DNA of 64,000 nucleotides from the IMG/VR virus record IMGVR_UViG_3300048592_001391, positions 1,513-65,512 of that record. One strand, 5' to 3'. Positions 1-9,593 of this stretch are shown here, in pieces (the first letter of the stretch is position 1; each line of letters begins with the position of its first letter). Below the pieces are notes generated by a model. It searched no databases, was not told the origin of the DNA, and saw only the letters and a program-made list of their open reading frames with translations. Source of the stretch: a virus (Duplodnaviria; Caudoviricetes). A program made the position numbers and the translations under genes.

Positions 1-410
1 TCTGAGATTTCCCGCTTTTCCGGGCGGATGGTGGAGAGGGGGATGTAGCCATGTGTGGAACGGTGGATGCTGCTCGATGTCCGCTCAGCCTTGCGGCGGT
101 GAAACCCGTCCACAATCCGATTGATGTCCCCATCAGGGAACGCCACAATGGGCATGGTGTACCCATCTTCTTCAATCGAGCGGATCAACAGGCGCATCTC
201 AGGCGGGGCAACGGCATTGGGGTTGTACTCGTTGCCTTCCACTTCCTCAGATCGCCGCCACTGTACAAAGTCTACCGGGTGATGCTTGAGCGGACTAACT
301 TCGTGCAAGATTCCCCGCGCCCGGTTCAGGGCGTCAATCTTCTCATCTGTATCTGGCAGTGCCGCAATCAGTGCGTCCAGTTCGTTGGCTTTGGTCTCTA
401 TCTCATTCAT
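1..410 (-). CDS. ibrB: IbrB/YbdM-like ParB/Srx-domain protein (3' end outside window; absent from ORF track)
   Basis: Manual translation from ATG 410: MNEIETKANELD...HPVDFVQW...NEYNPNAVAPPEMRLLIRSIEEDGYTMPIV...IVDGFHRR; begins 1 nt after the ibrA stop. Confidence 0.85.
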   Translation of the reverse strand, partial: MNEIETKANELDALIAALPDTDEKIDALNRARGILHEVSPLKHHPVDFVQWRRSEEVEGNEYNPNAVAPPEMRLLIRSIEEDGYTMPIVAFPDGDINRIVDGFHRRKAERTSSSIHRSTHGYIPLSTIRPEKREIS

Positions 411-411
411 C

Positions 412-1740
412 CTATAAATCCTTGTATTTCTTCATGGCATCATGCCGCAATTGCTTCTCGTAGTTGGTCATCCCGTATCCCATGTACCTTGCACTGTAGT
501 CGTTCTTGAGGATGGTGATGCACATACGCTTGTATGATGGCAGGTTAACGAAGTGCTTGCTATCAATCTCATCTGGGTACTCCGCAAAGCGAACCAGAAT
601 GATGTCATCCCGGTTCTGGTAAATCTTGCCGGGCGGCTTGCCCAATACCTCGAACTCATAGCCAGATGCGGCAATGTCTGGCAGGGAATCCACATGAATG
701 GTGGCCCCCTTCTCTAACCAGACGCGGAACGTAGACTTGAACTTCTCGCGGAACATCTTACCGATGTAGGGCGGCAGGGTAGACAGCAGGAACTCGCAGT
801 AGCTTTTCCATGTGTGCCCAGGGGGAAGGGAGATGGATTTGTAGCCCATCGCCTTCGTTGCCCCGTAGATAGCTCCAAAATTCGCGCCATTGACACGGCC
901 GACAAGCCTGGCCCAGATGTCCGGTTCAATTGCCTTGTGCAGCCCCAAGCTGGCTACTCCCTCATCAATGAAGGCACTAGCAACACGCATGTCCCCCAGC
1001 TCCACACCGGCCTGATAGTACAGGTCATAGAGCTTGTTGTAGTCGTAGTCGTTCTTGGCATTGGCTATCCAGATGTCCTCGGTCGCCCAATCGTACAAGG
1101 GGTAGCCACTGTAGCGATTCTTGCCCATGACCGTGATCCACTTTCGCCCCTGGTACATATTTACCTTGCTATCACTGGCAACGGCCCGCCAACGGTTCAG
1201 GCTTTCCTGCGCCCGAATGCCCAGCAGCCCAATCGTGCGGGTGGCTCCGTAACGGCCGTGAATCCACTCGTTGAATTTGAGGTCGAAGTCCGTGTCCTCG
1301 ATCCCATGATAGTAGAAGTCAAACTCGTGGTTGTCCTTTGTAATGACTTCCAGCCCATTGCCCAACACAGGGTAATCACGTACCCATATCTCCCGCTCTT
1401 CCTCGTTCCAGGGCAACCAGTAGTTGCGGTAGATGGAGACCCCACACTTGGTCTTGTAGGTCATGCACACCCAATAGAGGTCAATCAGGTCGGCGTTGGC
1501 CTCGACCATCCGCCGAATGAAGTCCTCGGTGTACTGGTAGCTCCCTTCGTAATCCATGTAGTAGACGCCTATCCGCTTCGTGATGTTGTGCTGGCGCATG
1601 TACTGGAAGATCATGTTCAGCAGCACCCCGCTATCCTTGCCCCCGGAGAACGACACATAGATGTTGTCGAACTCCTCAAAGATAAACTCGATGCGCTCCA
1701 TTGCCGCGTCGTAGACGTTAATGTCTCTGTAGGTCTTCAT
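412..1740 (-). CDS. ibrA: IbrA/YbdN-like PAPS-reductase-family protein (DUF3440)
   Basis: VSFSGGKDSG PP-loop, GIRAQESLNR, YPLYDW, YNKLYDLYYQAGV, RVNGANFG, PSYKRMCITILKND. Confidence 0.88.
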   Translation of the reverse strand: MKTYRDINVYDAAMERIEFIFEEFDNIYVSFSGGKDSGVLLNMIFQYMRQHNITKRIGVYYMDYEGSYQYTEDFIRRMVEANADLIDLYWVCMTYKTKCGVSIYRNYWLPWNEEEREIWVRDYPVLGNGLEVITKDNHEFDFYYHGIEDTDFDLKFNEWIHGRYGATRTIGLLGIRAQESLNRWRAVASDSKVNMYQGRKWITVMGKNRYSGYPLYDWATEDIWIANAKNDYDYNKLYDLYYQAGVELGDMRVASAFIDEGVASLGLHKAIEPDIWARLVGRVNGANFGAIYGATKAMGYKSISLPPGHTWKSYCEFLLSTLPPYIGKMFREKFKSTFRVWLEKGATIHVDSLPDIAASGYEFEVLGKPPGKIYQNRDDIILVRFAEYPDEIDSKHFVNLPSYKRMCITILKNDYSARYMGYGMTNYEKQLRHDAMKKYKDL

Positions 1741-3149
1741 AGTAGTTTGGCTATCTCCTTCTTCAAGTCACTCCCCTTCTTCGCCTTCAGCGCATCCACC
1801 TTCCGCCGAAAGTCAGCCACCGCGTCCCCCTTGCTGGCCAGGCTCTTGGCTATCCGATCCTCAATCCCGCAAATGGCCCACACATCTACATAGGTCGGCC
1901 GTCGCGCTTGCCCGATCCGGTGAATCCTGTCTTCGGCCTGTAGCCGATGGGCGTACTTAAACTCGTTCTCGTAGAAGATACTGTATGCCGCTTCGGTCAA
2001 TGTCAGCCCATGCCCCCCGGTTGCCATTGAAGCAATCAGGAAACGGCCGTCACCCCGCCACCGTGCCAACTCGCTGCTCCGCTCTGCCTCACTCAAATCA
2101 CCGTAATACTGCGCCACCGACGAACTGCCGTACACCCCCGCCAATGCCTCGGTAAGCTGCTGAATCGAATAGCGGTATTTGCACCAGATAATCACCTTCT
2201 CGGCCTGGGGCAGGGACGCAACAACGCTCAGTGTTTGGTCTATACGGCCGTGCGGGAACTCCAGCATACGGCCGTTGCGGTTCCAGAAGCCGCTCACAAT
2301 CTGCTGTAACGCGCCGAATAGCTGGAAGATCACGTAGCTATCCACCTCATCCATGCAGTTAAGCAATATCTCTTCTTTGGCCTGTTCATAGGCATCCCGT
2401 TGCCGGTCAGTCAGGTGGAAGTAACGCGAATCGTATAGTTTCGGCGGCAGGTTCAGCCCTGCCTCTTCCTTCGTCACCTGATACACATAGGGCTGCATCT
2501 TCGCCGCCAACCACGCCGTATTGTGCGCCCGGATCACCATGCCGGGGTACTTCTCGCTGTACTCCAGATGGTTGGCGGCAAAGCTATAGAATGAGTTGTA
2601 TCCCAGTATTTTCGGGCTGAGGAAGCGCATTTGGGCATACAGGTCTTGGACGCCCTGGCTCATGGGTGTGCCAGTCAGCGCCAACCTATACCGGGCTTGC
2701 TCACTGTATTGGGTGATGCGGTGGGTACGCATGGCGTTATGGCCTTTGATGTAGCTGCTCTCGTCCACAATGACGGCCGTTTCGCTGGTCGTCAGTTCGT
2801 GCGCAGCCAGAGCCACCCGGTTGCTGCTGCTCATGCTCTCGATGCCCACAATGTGCCAGAAGGCCGACCGGTTCAGGTTACGGCCGTTGGTCTTATCGTC
2901 GAAGATGTTGACGGCCGTAGCTGGGCAGTCCGTATGTTTGGCAATCTCCGCCGCCCATGTCTCCTTGAGAGACACTGGGCAGTACACAATCACCCGGCGA
3001 ATCCGCCGTTGCCGCCGCGCCATTAGCTCAATGGCTACTCGCGTCTTGCCCGTTCCCATGTCCATGAACAAGCCACCCACGCGAGTAGGCAATACCTTCT
3101 CGACGGCGGGTATCTGGTGGGGAAGGAGGCTAGTCGTTGTCTGCCACAT
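1737..3149 (-). CDS. SNF2-family (SF2) helicase/ATPase
   Basis: MDMGTGKT, IVDESSYIK, LTGTP, GGHGLTL, QAEDRIHRIGQ. Confidence 0.93.
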   Translation of the reverse strand: MWQTTTSLLPHQIPAVEKVLPTRVGGLFMDMGTGKTRVAIELMARRQRRIRRVIVYCPVSLKETWAAEIAKHTDCPATAVNIFDDKTNGRNLNRSAFWHIVGIESMSSSNRVALAAHELTTSETAVIVDESSYIKGHNAMRTHRITQYSEQARYRLALTGTPMSQGVQDLYAQMRFLSPKILGYNSFYSFAANHLEYSEKYPGMVIRAHNTAWLAAKMQPYVYQVTKEEAGLNLPPKLYDSRYFHLTDRQRDAYEQAKEEILLNCMDEVDSYVIFQLFGALQQIVSGFWNRNGRMLEFPHGRIDQTLSVVASLPQAEKVIIWCKYRYSIQQLTEALAGVYGSSSVAQYYGDLSEAERSSELARWRGDGRFLIASMATGGHGLTLTEAAYSIFYENEFKYAHRLQAEDRIHRIGQARRPTYVDVWAICGIEDRIAKSLASKGDAVADFRRKVDALKAKKGSDLKKEIAKLL

Positions 3150-3154
3150 AGTTG

Positions 3155-3349
3155 TTAGTTCCCGCTGTAGAATCGCTTGTAGGCGATGTCAGCCAGCCGC
3201 ATTGATTCGGCGGCATCCACACCACAACACGTCTCGATGTCCTTGAGATAGCCGGGGTAATCGGTTCCAGTTCTCAGCTTGGTGCGCAGCAAACGATAGT
3301 CCGCGTCCTCGTTCGTTTCGTTTGGTTGCTTCTGTAATATGTTCATCAA
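3155..3349 (-). CDS. hypothetical protein
   Basis: ORF tightly packed in operon. Confidence 0.6.
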   Translation of the reverse strand: MMNILQKQPNETNEDADYRLLRTKLRTGTDYPGYLKDIETCCGVDAAESMRLADIAYKRFYSGN

Positions 3350-4111
3350 TCAATCCTCCACCGGTAATATAGATGGTTCACTCACCGCGCTTGTGTCGGA
3401 GTAGATACGCCCCGCCTCAATCCGCCCAATGCACAAGGCAAGGGGCAAGTAATCTGGTACAAGAATCTCCATGCCCAATGTTAGGGCGTTGAGCGCATCT
3501 GCCCCCGACAACCGCAATTCTGCTTGCGCCACTTGCGCCCGTTCCCGGAACATCCGTATTGCCAACTCCGCCCCCTCTACTGCCGTATCGCCACTTATCA
3601 CAGCATCACACAGGTCATGGTAGCGGCTGGTAGACGCCTGCTGGATGTACGCCGCCATACCTGGATCCTCTTCGCCCATCAGCGCCATAAACTCAGCAAT
3701 CTCGGCGTCACTGGCCTGGGGCAACGGCGGCAAGCTGGCATCCACTTCGCGTACCACCTCATCCAGAATCGTGTCATACTCCTCCATCATGTCTGGCCCC
3801 ACCAATGCGCCATGTTGCAGAATGAGCGCCATCGGGTCAAAGAGAAAGCCGTAGCACAGTGCCTCCTCACGTACCTCTCTGTAACGCGCCCCGTAAGAAA
3901 GGAACACGTAACGGCCGTCACCGGCCAATCTGTCCAGCCCGAACAGGCTCCCATCTTCCCCCGGCGCTTTCGGCTCTGGGCGTGGCAGCAAGACGCCTGA
4001 TGCTTCTATGGCATCGAAGCGACGGCGCACCGCTACGGCCGTTTTTGGGCTATCTGGTCGCGCTAATTCTGTTGCCCGTAGGCCAATGATATGCTCAGCG
4101 TACATCCTCAT
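3350..4111 (-). CDS. hypothetical protein
   Basis: 253-aa ORF overlapping neighbour, in operon orientation. Confidence 0.7.
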   Translation of the reverse strand: MRMYAEHIIGLRATELARPDSPKTAVAVRRRFDAIEASGVLLPRPEPKAPGEDGSLFGLDRLAGDGRYVFLSYGARYREVREEALCYGFLFDPMALILQHGALVGPDMMEEYDTILDEVVREVDASLPPLPQASDAEIAEFMALMGEEDPGMAAYIQQASTSRYHDLCDAVISGDTAVEGAELAIRMFRERAQVAQAELRLSGADALNALTLGMEILVPDYLPLALCIGRIEAGRIYSDTSAVSEPSILPVED

Positions 4112-4790
4112 CCTCCATATCCTCCATCAAATCTAAATCAATCTCCACGCTCTCCGGCACATCCAGCAGTTGCGGACGGCCGTTGCCACCAGCGGGCAAC
4201 TCCGGCATAGCCATCGGTGCAAGCTGCACCACAACCGCCGCATCCCGTTCGGCTCTGGCCTCCTGCGCCAACAGGATGGCATCAGGGGAAACCGCACACG
4301 CATACATCTCGGCAAAATCCAGCACCGCCTCAAACTGTTCGGGCGGAACCACTACGCTACCACCCTGCCAACGCGATCCGGGCAGGCGCTTGACAATCTC
4401 CTTCAGCAGCCCGCCCCGCTCCTTGTGCCACCAAATGGAGAACCACCCGTCATACTCGCCACCCTTGGCGCGGGAAATGATGCGGACTGGCTCAGGCGTG
4501 AAGGTCTGGGCTACGGCCGTACTCATCACATCCACCGGCCCCTTCACACAGTAGCCAGCGGCCAGCAGCGCGTAGGCCAGTTCTGCTGCCCGTTCGTGCT
4601 GCTCTGCCTGGCTGACTTCGCGGGAGAAGTAGGGGGCTTTCCAGAAGTAGCCCCACCGCCGCACAAGCTCGTTGAATCCAGCGCCTTTCTCTGGGAAGTA
4701 GACGCGCACGGCCGTATCGCTGAGAGAGATACGGGCTATGCTATCGGTGCGCGGGGTTGACGGCCGTACCAGCAGCAGCTCATCACTCAT
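4095..4790 (-). CDS. hypothetical protein with two HARP-like alpha/beta repeats
   Basis: VYFPEKGAGFNELVRRWGYFW and IVKRLPGSRWQGGSVVVPPEQFEAVLDFAE patterns; fold is inferred. Confidence 0.6.
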   Translation of the reverse strand: MSDELLLVRPSTPRTDSIARISLSDTAVRVYFPEKGAGFNELVRRWGYFWKAPYFSREVSQAEQHERAAELAYALLAAGYCVKGPVDVMSTAVAQTFTPEPVRIISRAKGGEYDGWFSIWWHKERGGLLKEIVKRLPGSRWQGGSVVVPPEQFEAVLDFAEMYACAVSPDAILLAQEARAERDAAVVVQLAPMAMPELPAGGNGRPQLLDVPESVEIDLDLMEDMEDEDVR

Positions 4791-5523
4791 CGCTGCCCTC
4801 CAGGGCTAATCTGATCAGGCCGACAAAGCGGCGCAGCTTCTTTGCAACTTCCGCCTCTTCATCAGGGACTTCCTCCGGGTAGATTTTCTCTAGCGACGCC
4901 TTCATCACGGACAGCAATCCGTCCGTGTCGTATAGTTTGATGCCGCGCCGCTTTAGCTCGGCCAGCAAGTCGGCATCTTTCAGCATGGCGGCCGTGGTCG
5001 CTTCGCGCCGCGCCAATTCTGCCGCCAGGTCATCCACTGCGTAATTCGCCAGCGGATTGGGCTTCTCCTGCTCGCCGACTGGCTCGACGCTCTTTGGCTC
5101 TGGCTTGATGATTGCGCCTTCGCGCATCTCCACGTCCAGCACCAGCGTACCAGACACATGCGGATTGGCGCGACTGCCACCGCTTTGGAGGTTTTGTTCA
5201 ACGACGCGGAAATTAACGTCACCGCGCCGGAAACTCCAGTTGTCACGATTCACATACAGCAGGTTTGCGCCGTCAATGGAGAAATTGTCATCACGATCCA
5301 GGTGGATGGTCACGCGCTGCCACGAAGTTCGAGTGAAGAACTTGTCCACCAGAGGCATGACCTCCGGCCGTAGCTCCTCATCAAAACACCACGCGCCATC
5401 AGCGCGGCGGAACTTAGCCGACGATGTGACCGCCTTCAGTTCCTCTTTGAATTGCTCGTTGTAGGGCGTGACAATCCCCACACGGCCGTCTACCGGCCCT
5501 TTGATCCACTCAACTTCGTACAT
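4783..5523 (-). CDS. hypothetical phage protein, N-terminal HARP-like domain
   Basis: IVTPYNEQFKEELKAV..AKFRRADGAWCF; SD AAGGAG upstream. Confidence 0.65.
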   Translation of the reverse strand: MYEVEWIKGPVDGRVGIVTPYNEQFKEELKAVTSSAKFRRADGAWCFDEELRPEVMPLVDKFFTRTSWQRVTIHLDRDDNFSIDGANLLYVNRDNWSFRRGDVNFRVVEQNLQSGGSRANPHVSGTLVLDVEMREGAIIKPEPKSVEPVGEQEKPNPLANYAVDDLAAELARREATTAAMLKDADLLAELKRRGIKLYDTDGLLSVMKASLEKIYPEEVPDEEAEVAKKLRRFVGLIRLALEGSDE

Positions 5524-5533
5524 GATGCACTCC

Positions 5534-5570
5534 TTTGACGGCCGTACCCACCACAGGTACGGCCGTCAAA
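5534..5570. repeat. Perfect 15-bp inverted repeat made of two ACGGCCGT units
   Basis: TTTGACGGCCGTACC-caccaca-GGTACGGCCGTCAAA, abutting the SD of 4783..5523. Confidence 0.85.
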
Positions 5571-5625
5571 ATAATCAATTACCGCGCCCTTCTAGCGCAT
5601 CCAAAACAATGGAGGGGGAAATAGA

Positions 5626-5904
5626 TTATTTCAAAATCACGCTCTGGAAACTTTTCCCCTTCATTCCCTTTGGCATGGCGACCTCCCCTTTTATGTACTC
5701 GATTTTTCCATCTGCTTTCAACTCTTCCATCGCCTGACCGACAATCCGATCAAGCGCCTGCCAATCATACTGGCGATCATAGCCCCACTGTGTCCATGTA
5801 TTCAGGACAGCTCTTTCGGGGCTGGTATGCCCTGAACTTCCGGCTGATTTCACAGACCGGATAATGATTTCTTTCGCAGATTCTAGCAACTGATTTTCGT
5901 TCAT
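5626..5904 (-). CDS. hypothetical protein (possible wHTH)
   Basis: MNENQLLESAKE start after SD AGGAG; C-terminal AMEELKADGKIEY is wing-like. Confidence 0.6.
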   Translation of the reverse strand: MNENQLLESAKEIIIRSVKSAGSSGHTSPERAVLNTWTQWGYDRQYDWQALDRIVGQAMEELKADGKIEYIKGEVAMPKGMKGKSFQSVILK

Positions 5905-6027
5905 TTCAGTCTCCTGTTTGCCGGGCATTCCGGCCTTTGTTGGTTAGTAAAATCGCTTAGGGCGATTCTGTCCCCGCCGTCTTTAACGCTATGGCGCTTC
6001 TCCCGTAGGCGCGGCGGGGTTGGGGGG

Positions 6028-6606
6028 CTAGTAGATTCCAGCAGCTTCGTAAATCCGCTCTTTTGCCGTAGTCACTTCGTCGTCCTGCGCTTCATACAGC
6101 GCAGCTTTCGCGTCGGAGTACCAGTGATAGAGCGCCATCACTTCGACTTCTCGCGCTGGCGTGGCGAATTTTATGCTGCCCATTTCTAGCCGCGATTCAA
6201 AATTATACGAGGTAATAGCGGGTAGTACCTTTGGATTCAGTTGGATTTGCTCCGCCCGTTGACGCAATTCTGCGTCAAGGGCAAAGAACTTATCCCCAAA
6301 CGCTTCGGATATTTCGGCTTCGGCCTTCCGCGCTTGAACCTGCGCACTCCACTCATCCCGACTGTAGCTATTGCCATACTTGGTCACATGCGATCCGCTG
6401 GCAAGACGGCCGTTGCTGTGCCCACTCGTTACATCGTAGGGGAATCTGCACCCGCGCCCAAAATCTTGCAAAGAAACAGGGATGCTCCATGTCTTTGTCG
6501 CCGAATCGAAGTTCCGCCCCTCAAACGATTTGACGAAATTCAGTGCGCTTTGAAAATCACCGCCGACCTCTACCATCCCATCTTTTAATTGAATCTTTAT
6601 TGCCAT
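6028..6606 (-). CDS. hypothetical protein, N-terminal HARP-like domain
   Basis: MAIKIQLK start; FVKSFEGRNFDSATKTWSIP motif. Confidence 0.65.
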   Translation of the reverse strand: MAIKIQLKDGMVEVGGDFQSALNFVKSFEGRNFDSATKTWSIPVSLQDFGRGCRFPYDVTSGHSNGRLASGSHVTKYGNSYSRDEWSAQVQARKAEAEISEAFGDKFFALDAELRQRAEQIQLNPKVLPAITSYNFESRLEMGSIKFATPAREVEVMALYHWYSDAKAALYEAQDDEVTTAKERIYEAAGIY

Positions 6607-6662
6607 CTTCGCATTCCTTTGCCCTGTCAGGCCAACCAAAATCAATAATCAAGTACAGATGA

Positions 6663-6691
6663 ATATTACCACATCACAAAAACAGTGTCAA
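6663..6691 (-). promoter_or_regulatory. Strong sigma70-type promoter for the HARP/SNF2/IbrAB operon
   Basis: Minus strand TTGACA-17 nt-TAATAT with extended TG. Confidence 0.8.
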
Positions 6692-6726
6692 GCGATTGGG
6701 CGCACATTTACCCACTATCCACCACG

Positions 6727-6762
6727 CAAAACAAAACGGCCGTACCCAAAGGCACGGCCGTT
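6727..6762 (-). terminator. Intrinsic terminator built from two ACGGCCGT palindromes
   Basis: Minus strand AACGGCCGTGCC-tttg-GGTACGGCCGTT then TTGTTTT, just after the 6798 stop. Confidence 0.7.
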
Positions 6763-6797
6763 ACATAACCAAAACTATAATAGTCTACGCAATCAAA

Positions 6798-7265
6798 TCA
6801 TGCCCACTCTAACCGGAAGGGTGGGGCGGTGGGGACGATCTCACCTTCCACACAGCTATAGCCCCAAGGCGCATCCTCCACGGCCGTATTTGCCCAACTC
6901 AGCCATTCTTCTGCTGCCCGGTCTACTCGCGCCTGCACCACAGCGGGCCACTCCGCATACCGGGCGGCAAAGCTCACCACGTCCGGTTCGGCCGTATCGT
7001 CCAGCGTATCGGCCACGTAGTCCCACACACGGCCGTCGTCCGCATCCACAAACACCCGCGCCAACTCTTCGGCTTCATCGGCATACAGCCCCAGGCGAAT
7101 CATCACCACGTACTCACCGGGCGGCACATCTTCTACACTGCCTGTCCAGCGGGTCACTGGCTGGCCGTCATCAATCACCAACCACCACTGACCATACGGC
7201 CGTACAACCATCCGGCTGACTATCTCACTCCGATCCAATAGCACCTTGCACTCTGTCTGTAACAT
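6798..7265 (-). CDS. hypothetical protein
   Basis: Likely start MLQTECKV (ATG 7265, SD GAAAGGA); the longer track ORF runs through the repeat locus. Confidence 0.6.
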   Translation of the reverse strand: MLQTECKVLLDRSEIVSRMVVRPYGQWWLVIDDGQPVTRWTGSVEDVPPGEYVVMIRLGLYADEAEELARVFVDADDGRVWDYVADTLDDTAEPDVVSFAARYAEWPAVVQARVDRAAEEWLSWANTAVEDAPWGYSCVEGEIVPTAPPFRLEWA

Positions 7266-7285
7266 GCTGCATCCTTTCTGCACCT

Positions 7286-7393
7286 TTAGGGTGTAGTCAT
7301 CCAATAGAACACACGCAGCGCCGCGTAGCTCAACACAATGCACAACACAATCTGAATGATCAATCCCTTCCGCCTGTCCCAAAACTCTCTCAT
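7286..7393 (-). CDS. small single-TM membrane protein (35 aa)
   Basis: SD GGAGG then MREFWDRRKGLIIQIVLCIVLSYAALRVFYWMTTP. Confidence 0.6.
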   Translation of the reverse strand: MREFWDRRKGLIIQIVLCIVLSYAALRVFYWMTTP

Positions 7394-7409
7394 AGCGACC
7401 TCCATCACT

Positions 7410-7616
7410 TGCGATTTGCGATTGCGATTTGACCTCAGACACACACCTATTTGACCCATTTTCGGCCGTTTTGCGATTCGCAAATCGCAATCGCAAACGC
7501 ATCGCAAAACGGCCGTCTACCTCTGGTAAATCTGCGATAATCCTGCGATTAAATCTGCGATAAGGGGGCTGTTCTGCGATTATCGCAAACATGGCCCCTT
7601 ATCGCAGCCAATCGCC
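7410..7616. repeat. TGCGAT/ATCGCA hexamer cluster (clt- or iteron-like) with 15-bp inverted repeat
   Basis: 13 exact copies counted by eye in about 200 bp; CGGCCGTTTTGCGAT (7463-7477) is the inverse of ATCGCAAAACGGCCG (7501-7515). Confidence 0.85.
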
Positions 7617-9593
7617 CTACCGACGACGCTTCAACAGCCTGTCCGCGTCGGTGTTGCCCTGCTGCGCCAACCATTCCAGCGCCGGGTACAGACGGCCGTC
7701 AAGGAACTGACCAGACGGCCGTTCACTGCTCTCATCACTCAGGAACGTTCCCGCCGCATTGACCGTGCGGAACTCCCGCAGGTAGGGCAGCAGTCTACGG
7801 CCGTCCATCTCCGCTTGGGTCATTTGCGGCTGTACGGGCTGCTGCACCACAGGCGGGGCAGGGGGAAGATTCACAACCGGCGCTCCCGCCTGCACCTGTA
7901 CCCGATCCGACATCACCCGAATGGCTGGAGTAGGCACAACCAAACCCTGCAACGAATCCGGTAGCTCATTCGGCCGTACTCGCGTCGAATCCAGCAGCGC
8001 CCCTACATCACCGCGCCCTGGGTAGAAGCCCACGGCCTCACCCGTACGGCCGTTGATGTTGTAGATGAAACGGCCGTTGGGCAAGCCCACCGAACCGGAA
8101 GCATAACCATCCTGCTTGCCCACATCCAAAAACGTCCGACTAGCGGCGGCACTGTTCATGCGGAAGCCGATGGTTGCCATTTGGCGGCGCAAGCGCATCC
8201 CGTGTTCACCCGCCGCGTCCTTTGTCGGGTCGGTCATGGAAACAGCCAGGAAGATGCCGTACTTCCGTGCCTCATTGGTAATGTTAATCAGGCGCAGCCA
8301 CATGATCGTAGCCTGGAACGTCAGGTCTTTGGCCGTGTCGTGCTCTCCGCTCAGCCGCGCCAATTCCGCCGCTTCCTTCGCCGCGCCGACAATCGTCAAG
8401 AACTCATCAATGGCAATCAGGATTTCCCCCGATTCACCCATCGCTTGCGGCAACTCCGACCAATTCCGGGCGCCAGTCCGCGCCAGCACACTGTCTCTCC
8501 GGTGCATCTCGCTTACCACAGCGTCCAGGAATTGCGCCAATGGCTCAATGAGCGCCAACGGCCGTAACGCAGGCCACACGGTCAAATTGGGCTGATTGGC
8601 GAACGGCGCGAAGTCAGAGCCACGGCCGTTGATGATGACCACATGGGTACTGTTGCGCCAGTTCCCGGCCACAAACGGGACCAACCCGGAAGCGGTCTTA
8701 CCCGCGCCCGTAGTCCCGGCCACCAGCAGGTGGGGATTCTGTGACCGATTGACAAACACAGGCATCTGGTTCTCGATGTCCACGCCAATGGGCACGGTAT
8801 CCGGGTCTGCGTGACGCATGAACATCGTCCAACTGGCGCGGGGCAGTCGCTTCGGGGCTTCAATGCCACTGGCAACAACCGGCTGTTGTGGGGCAGGGAG
8901 CGCCAATGTACTCATGCTGTTCCCGGCCAACATCGGCAAGGGCGACATCCCGCCACGGCCGTCCGGCACAATGGCAATCCGGTTGCCCATATGCTCCACA
9001 TGGTAGACGGGGTTACGGCTGCGAATCATGAGATAAGAGAATAGCCCAGCAGTGGTCATGCAGATAATCAGGAACACGCCCACCGCAAACGGGATTGCCT
9101 CGTTCCACATCTCCCGCCGCCGCTGCTCCGCCAATAACCGGTTCTGCTCCGCCTCGCGCAACATGCGCACATTCTGCATATGCTCCGCTTCGGCCGTCAT
9201 CTCCGCCATCACCATCGCCGCTTGCCGGGTAGCTGTCCCCTCGGCCACAATCGCATTTTGCGTTTGCACGGCCACCAATGCAATCTCGGTCGCCCGTACA
9301 CTCAAATCAGCGGCGGTGCTGGTAGCAGCGACGGCCGTACCGGTAGCAATGGCCTCAGATGTGCCAGTAGCGGCCACACGCGCCTGTTCGGTCGTCTGGA
9401 TAACCGCCTGGGTCGCGGCAATGGCCGCGTCATAGGTAGCGGCGGCATCCTGTGCCTGTCGGGCGGCAATCGTCGCATTGACGGCCGGATTACTCGGCGG
9501 CACAAGCGCACTCTGCGGCTGACCACCTGTCGCCGGAGGCGTGGCGCAACCGGCCAGAACCATCACCATGAGCAATCCGTAAATCCATCTCAT
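7617..9593 (-). CDS. Membrane-anchored FtsK/SpoIIIE (TraB-like) DNA translocase with lipoprotein signal
   Basis: MRWIYGLLMVMVLAGC lipobox, Ala/Thr-rich coil, TM helix, HLLVAGTTGAGKT Walker A, EMHRR, IAIDEF Walker B, EARKYGI; ATGA overlap with upstream gene. Confidence 0.85.
   Translation of the reverse strand: MRWIYGLLMVMVLAGCATPPATGGQPQSALVPPSNPAVNATIAARQAQDAAATYDAAIAATQAVIQTTEQARVAATGTSEAIATGTAVAATSTAADLSVRATEIALVAVQTQNAIVAEGTATRQAAMVMAEMTAEAEHMQNVRMLREAEQNRLLAEQRRREMWNEAIPFAVGVFLIICMTTAGLFSYLMIRSRNPVYHVEHMGNRIAIVPDGRGGMSPLPMLAGNSMSTLALPAPQQPVVASGIEAPKRLPRASWTMFMRHADPDTVPIGVDIENQMPVFVNRSQNPHLLVAGTTGAGKTASGLVPFVAGNWRNSTHVVIINGRGSDFAPFANQPNLTVWPALRPLALIEPLAQFLDAVVSEMHRRDSVLARTGARNWSELPQAMGESGEILIAIDEFLTIVGAAKEAAELARLSGEHDTAKDLTFQATIMWLRLINITNEARKYGIFLAVSMTDPTKDAAGEHGMRLRRQMATIGFRMNSAAASRTFLDVGKQDGYASGSVGLPNGRFIYNINGRTGEAVGFYPGRGDVGALLDSTRVRPNELPDSLQGLVVPTPAIRVMSDRVQVQAGAPVVNLPPAPPVVQQPVQPQMTQAEMDGRRLLPYLREFRTVNAAGTFLSDESSERPSGQFLDGRLYPALEWLAQQGNTDADRLLKRRR

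Noticed and set aside
814-1893. Long plus-strand ORFs (also 9180..10319, 12391..13617, 37324..38337, 46792..47850, 56183..57088, 61720..62997)
   Set aside because: Antisense shadows of well-supported minus-strand genes in GC-rich DNA; no motifs or SD
7410-7616. Repeat cluster as a CRISPR array or as coding sequence (track ORFs 6798..7592, 7286..7507)
   Set aside because: Units are 6-mers in both orientations without spacers; better SD-supported starts lie downstream. An iteron/origin role is not excluded
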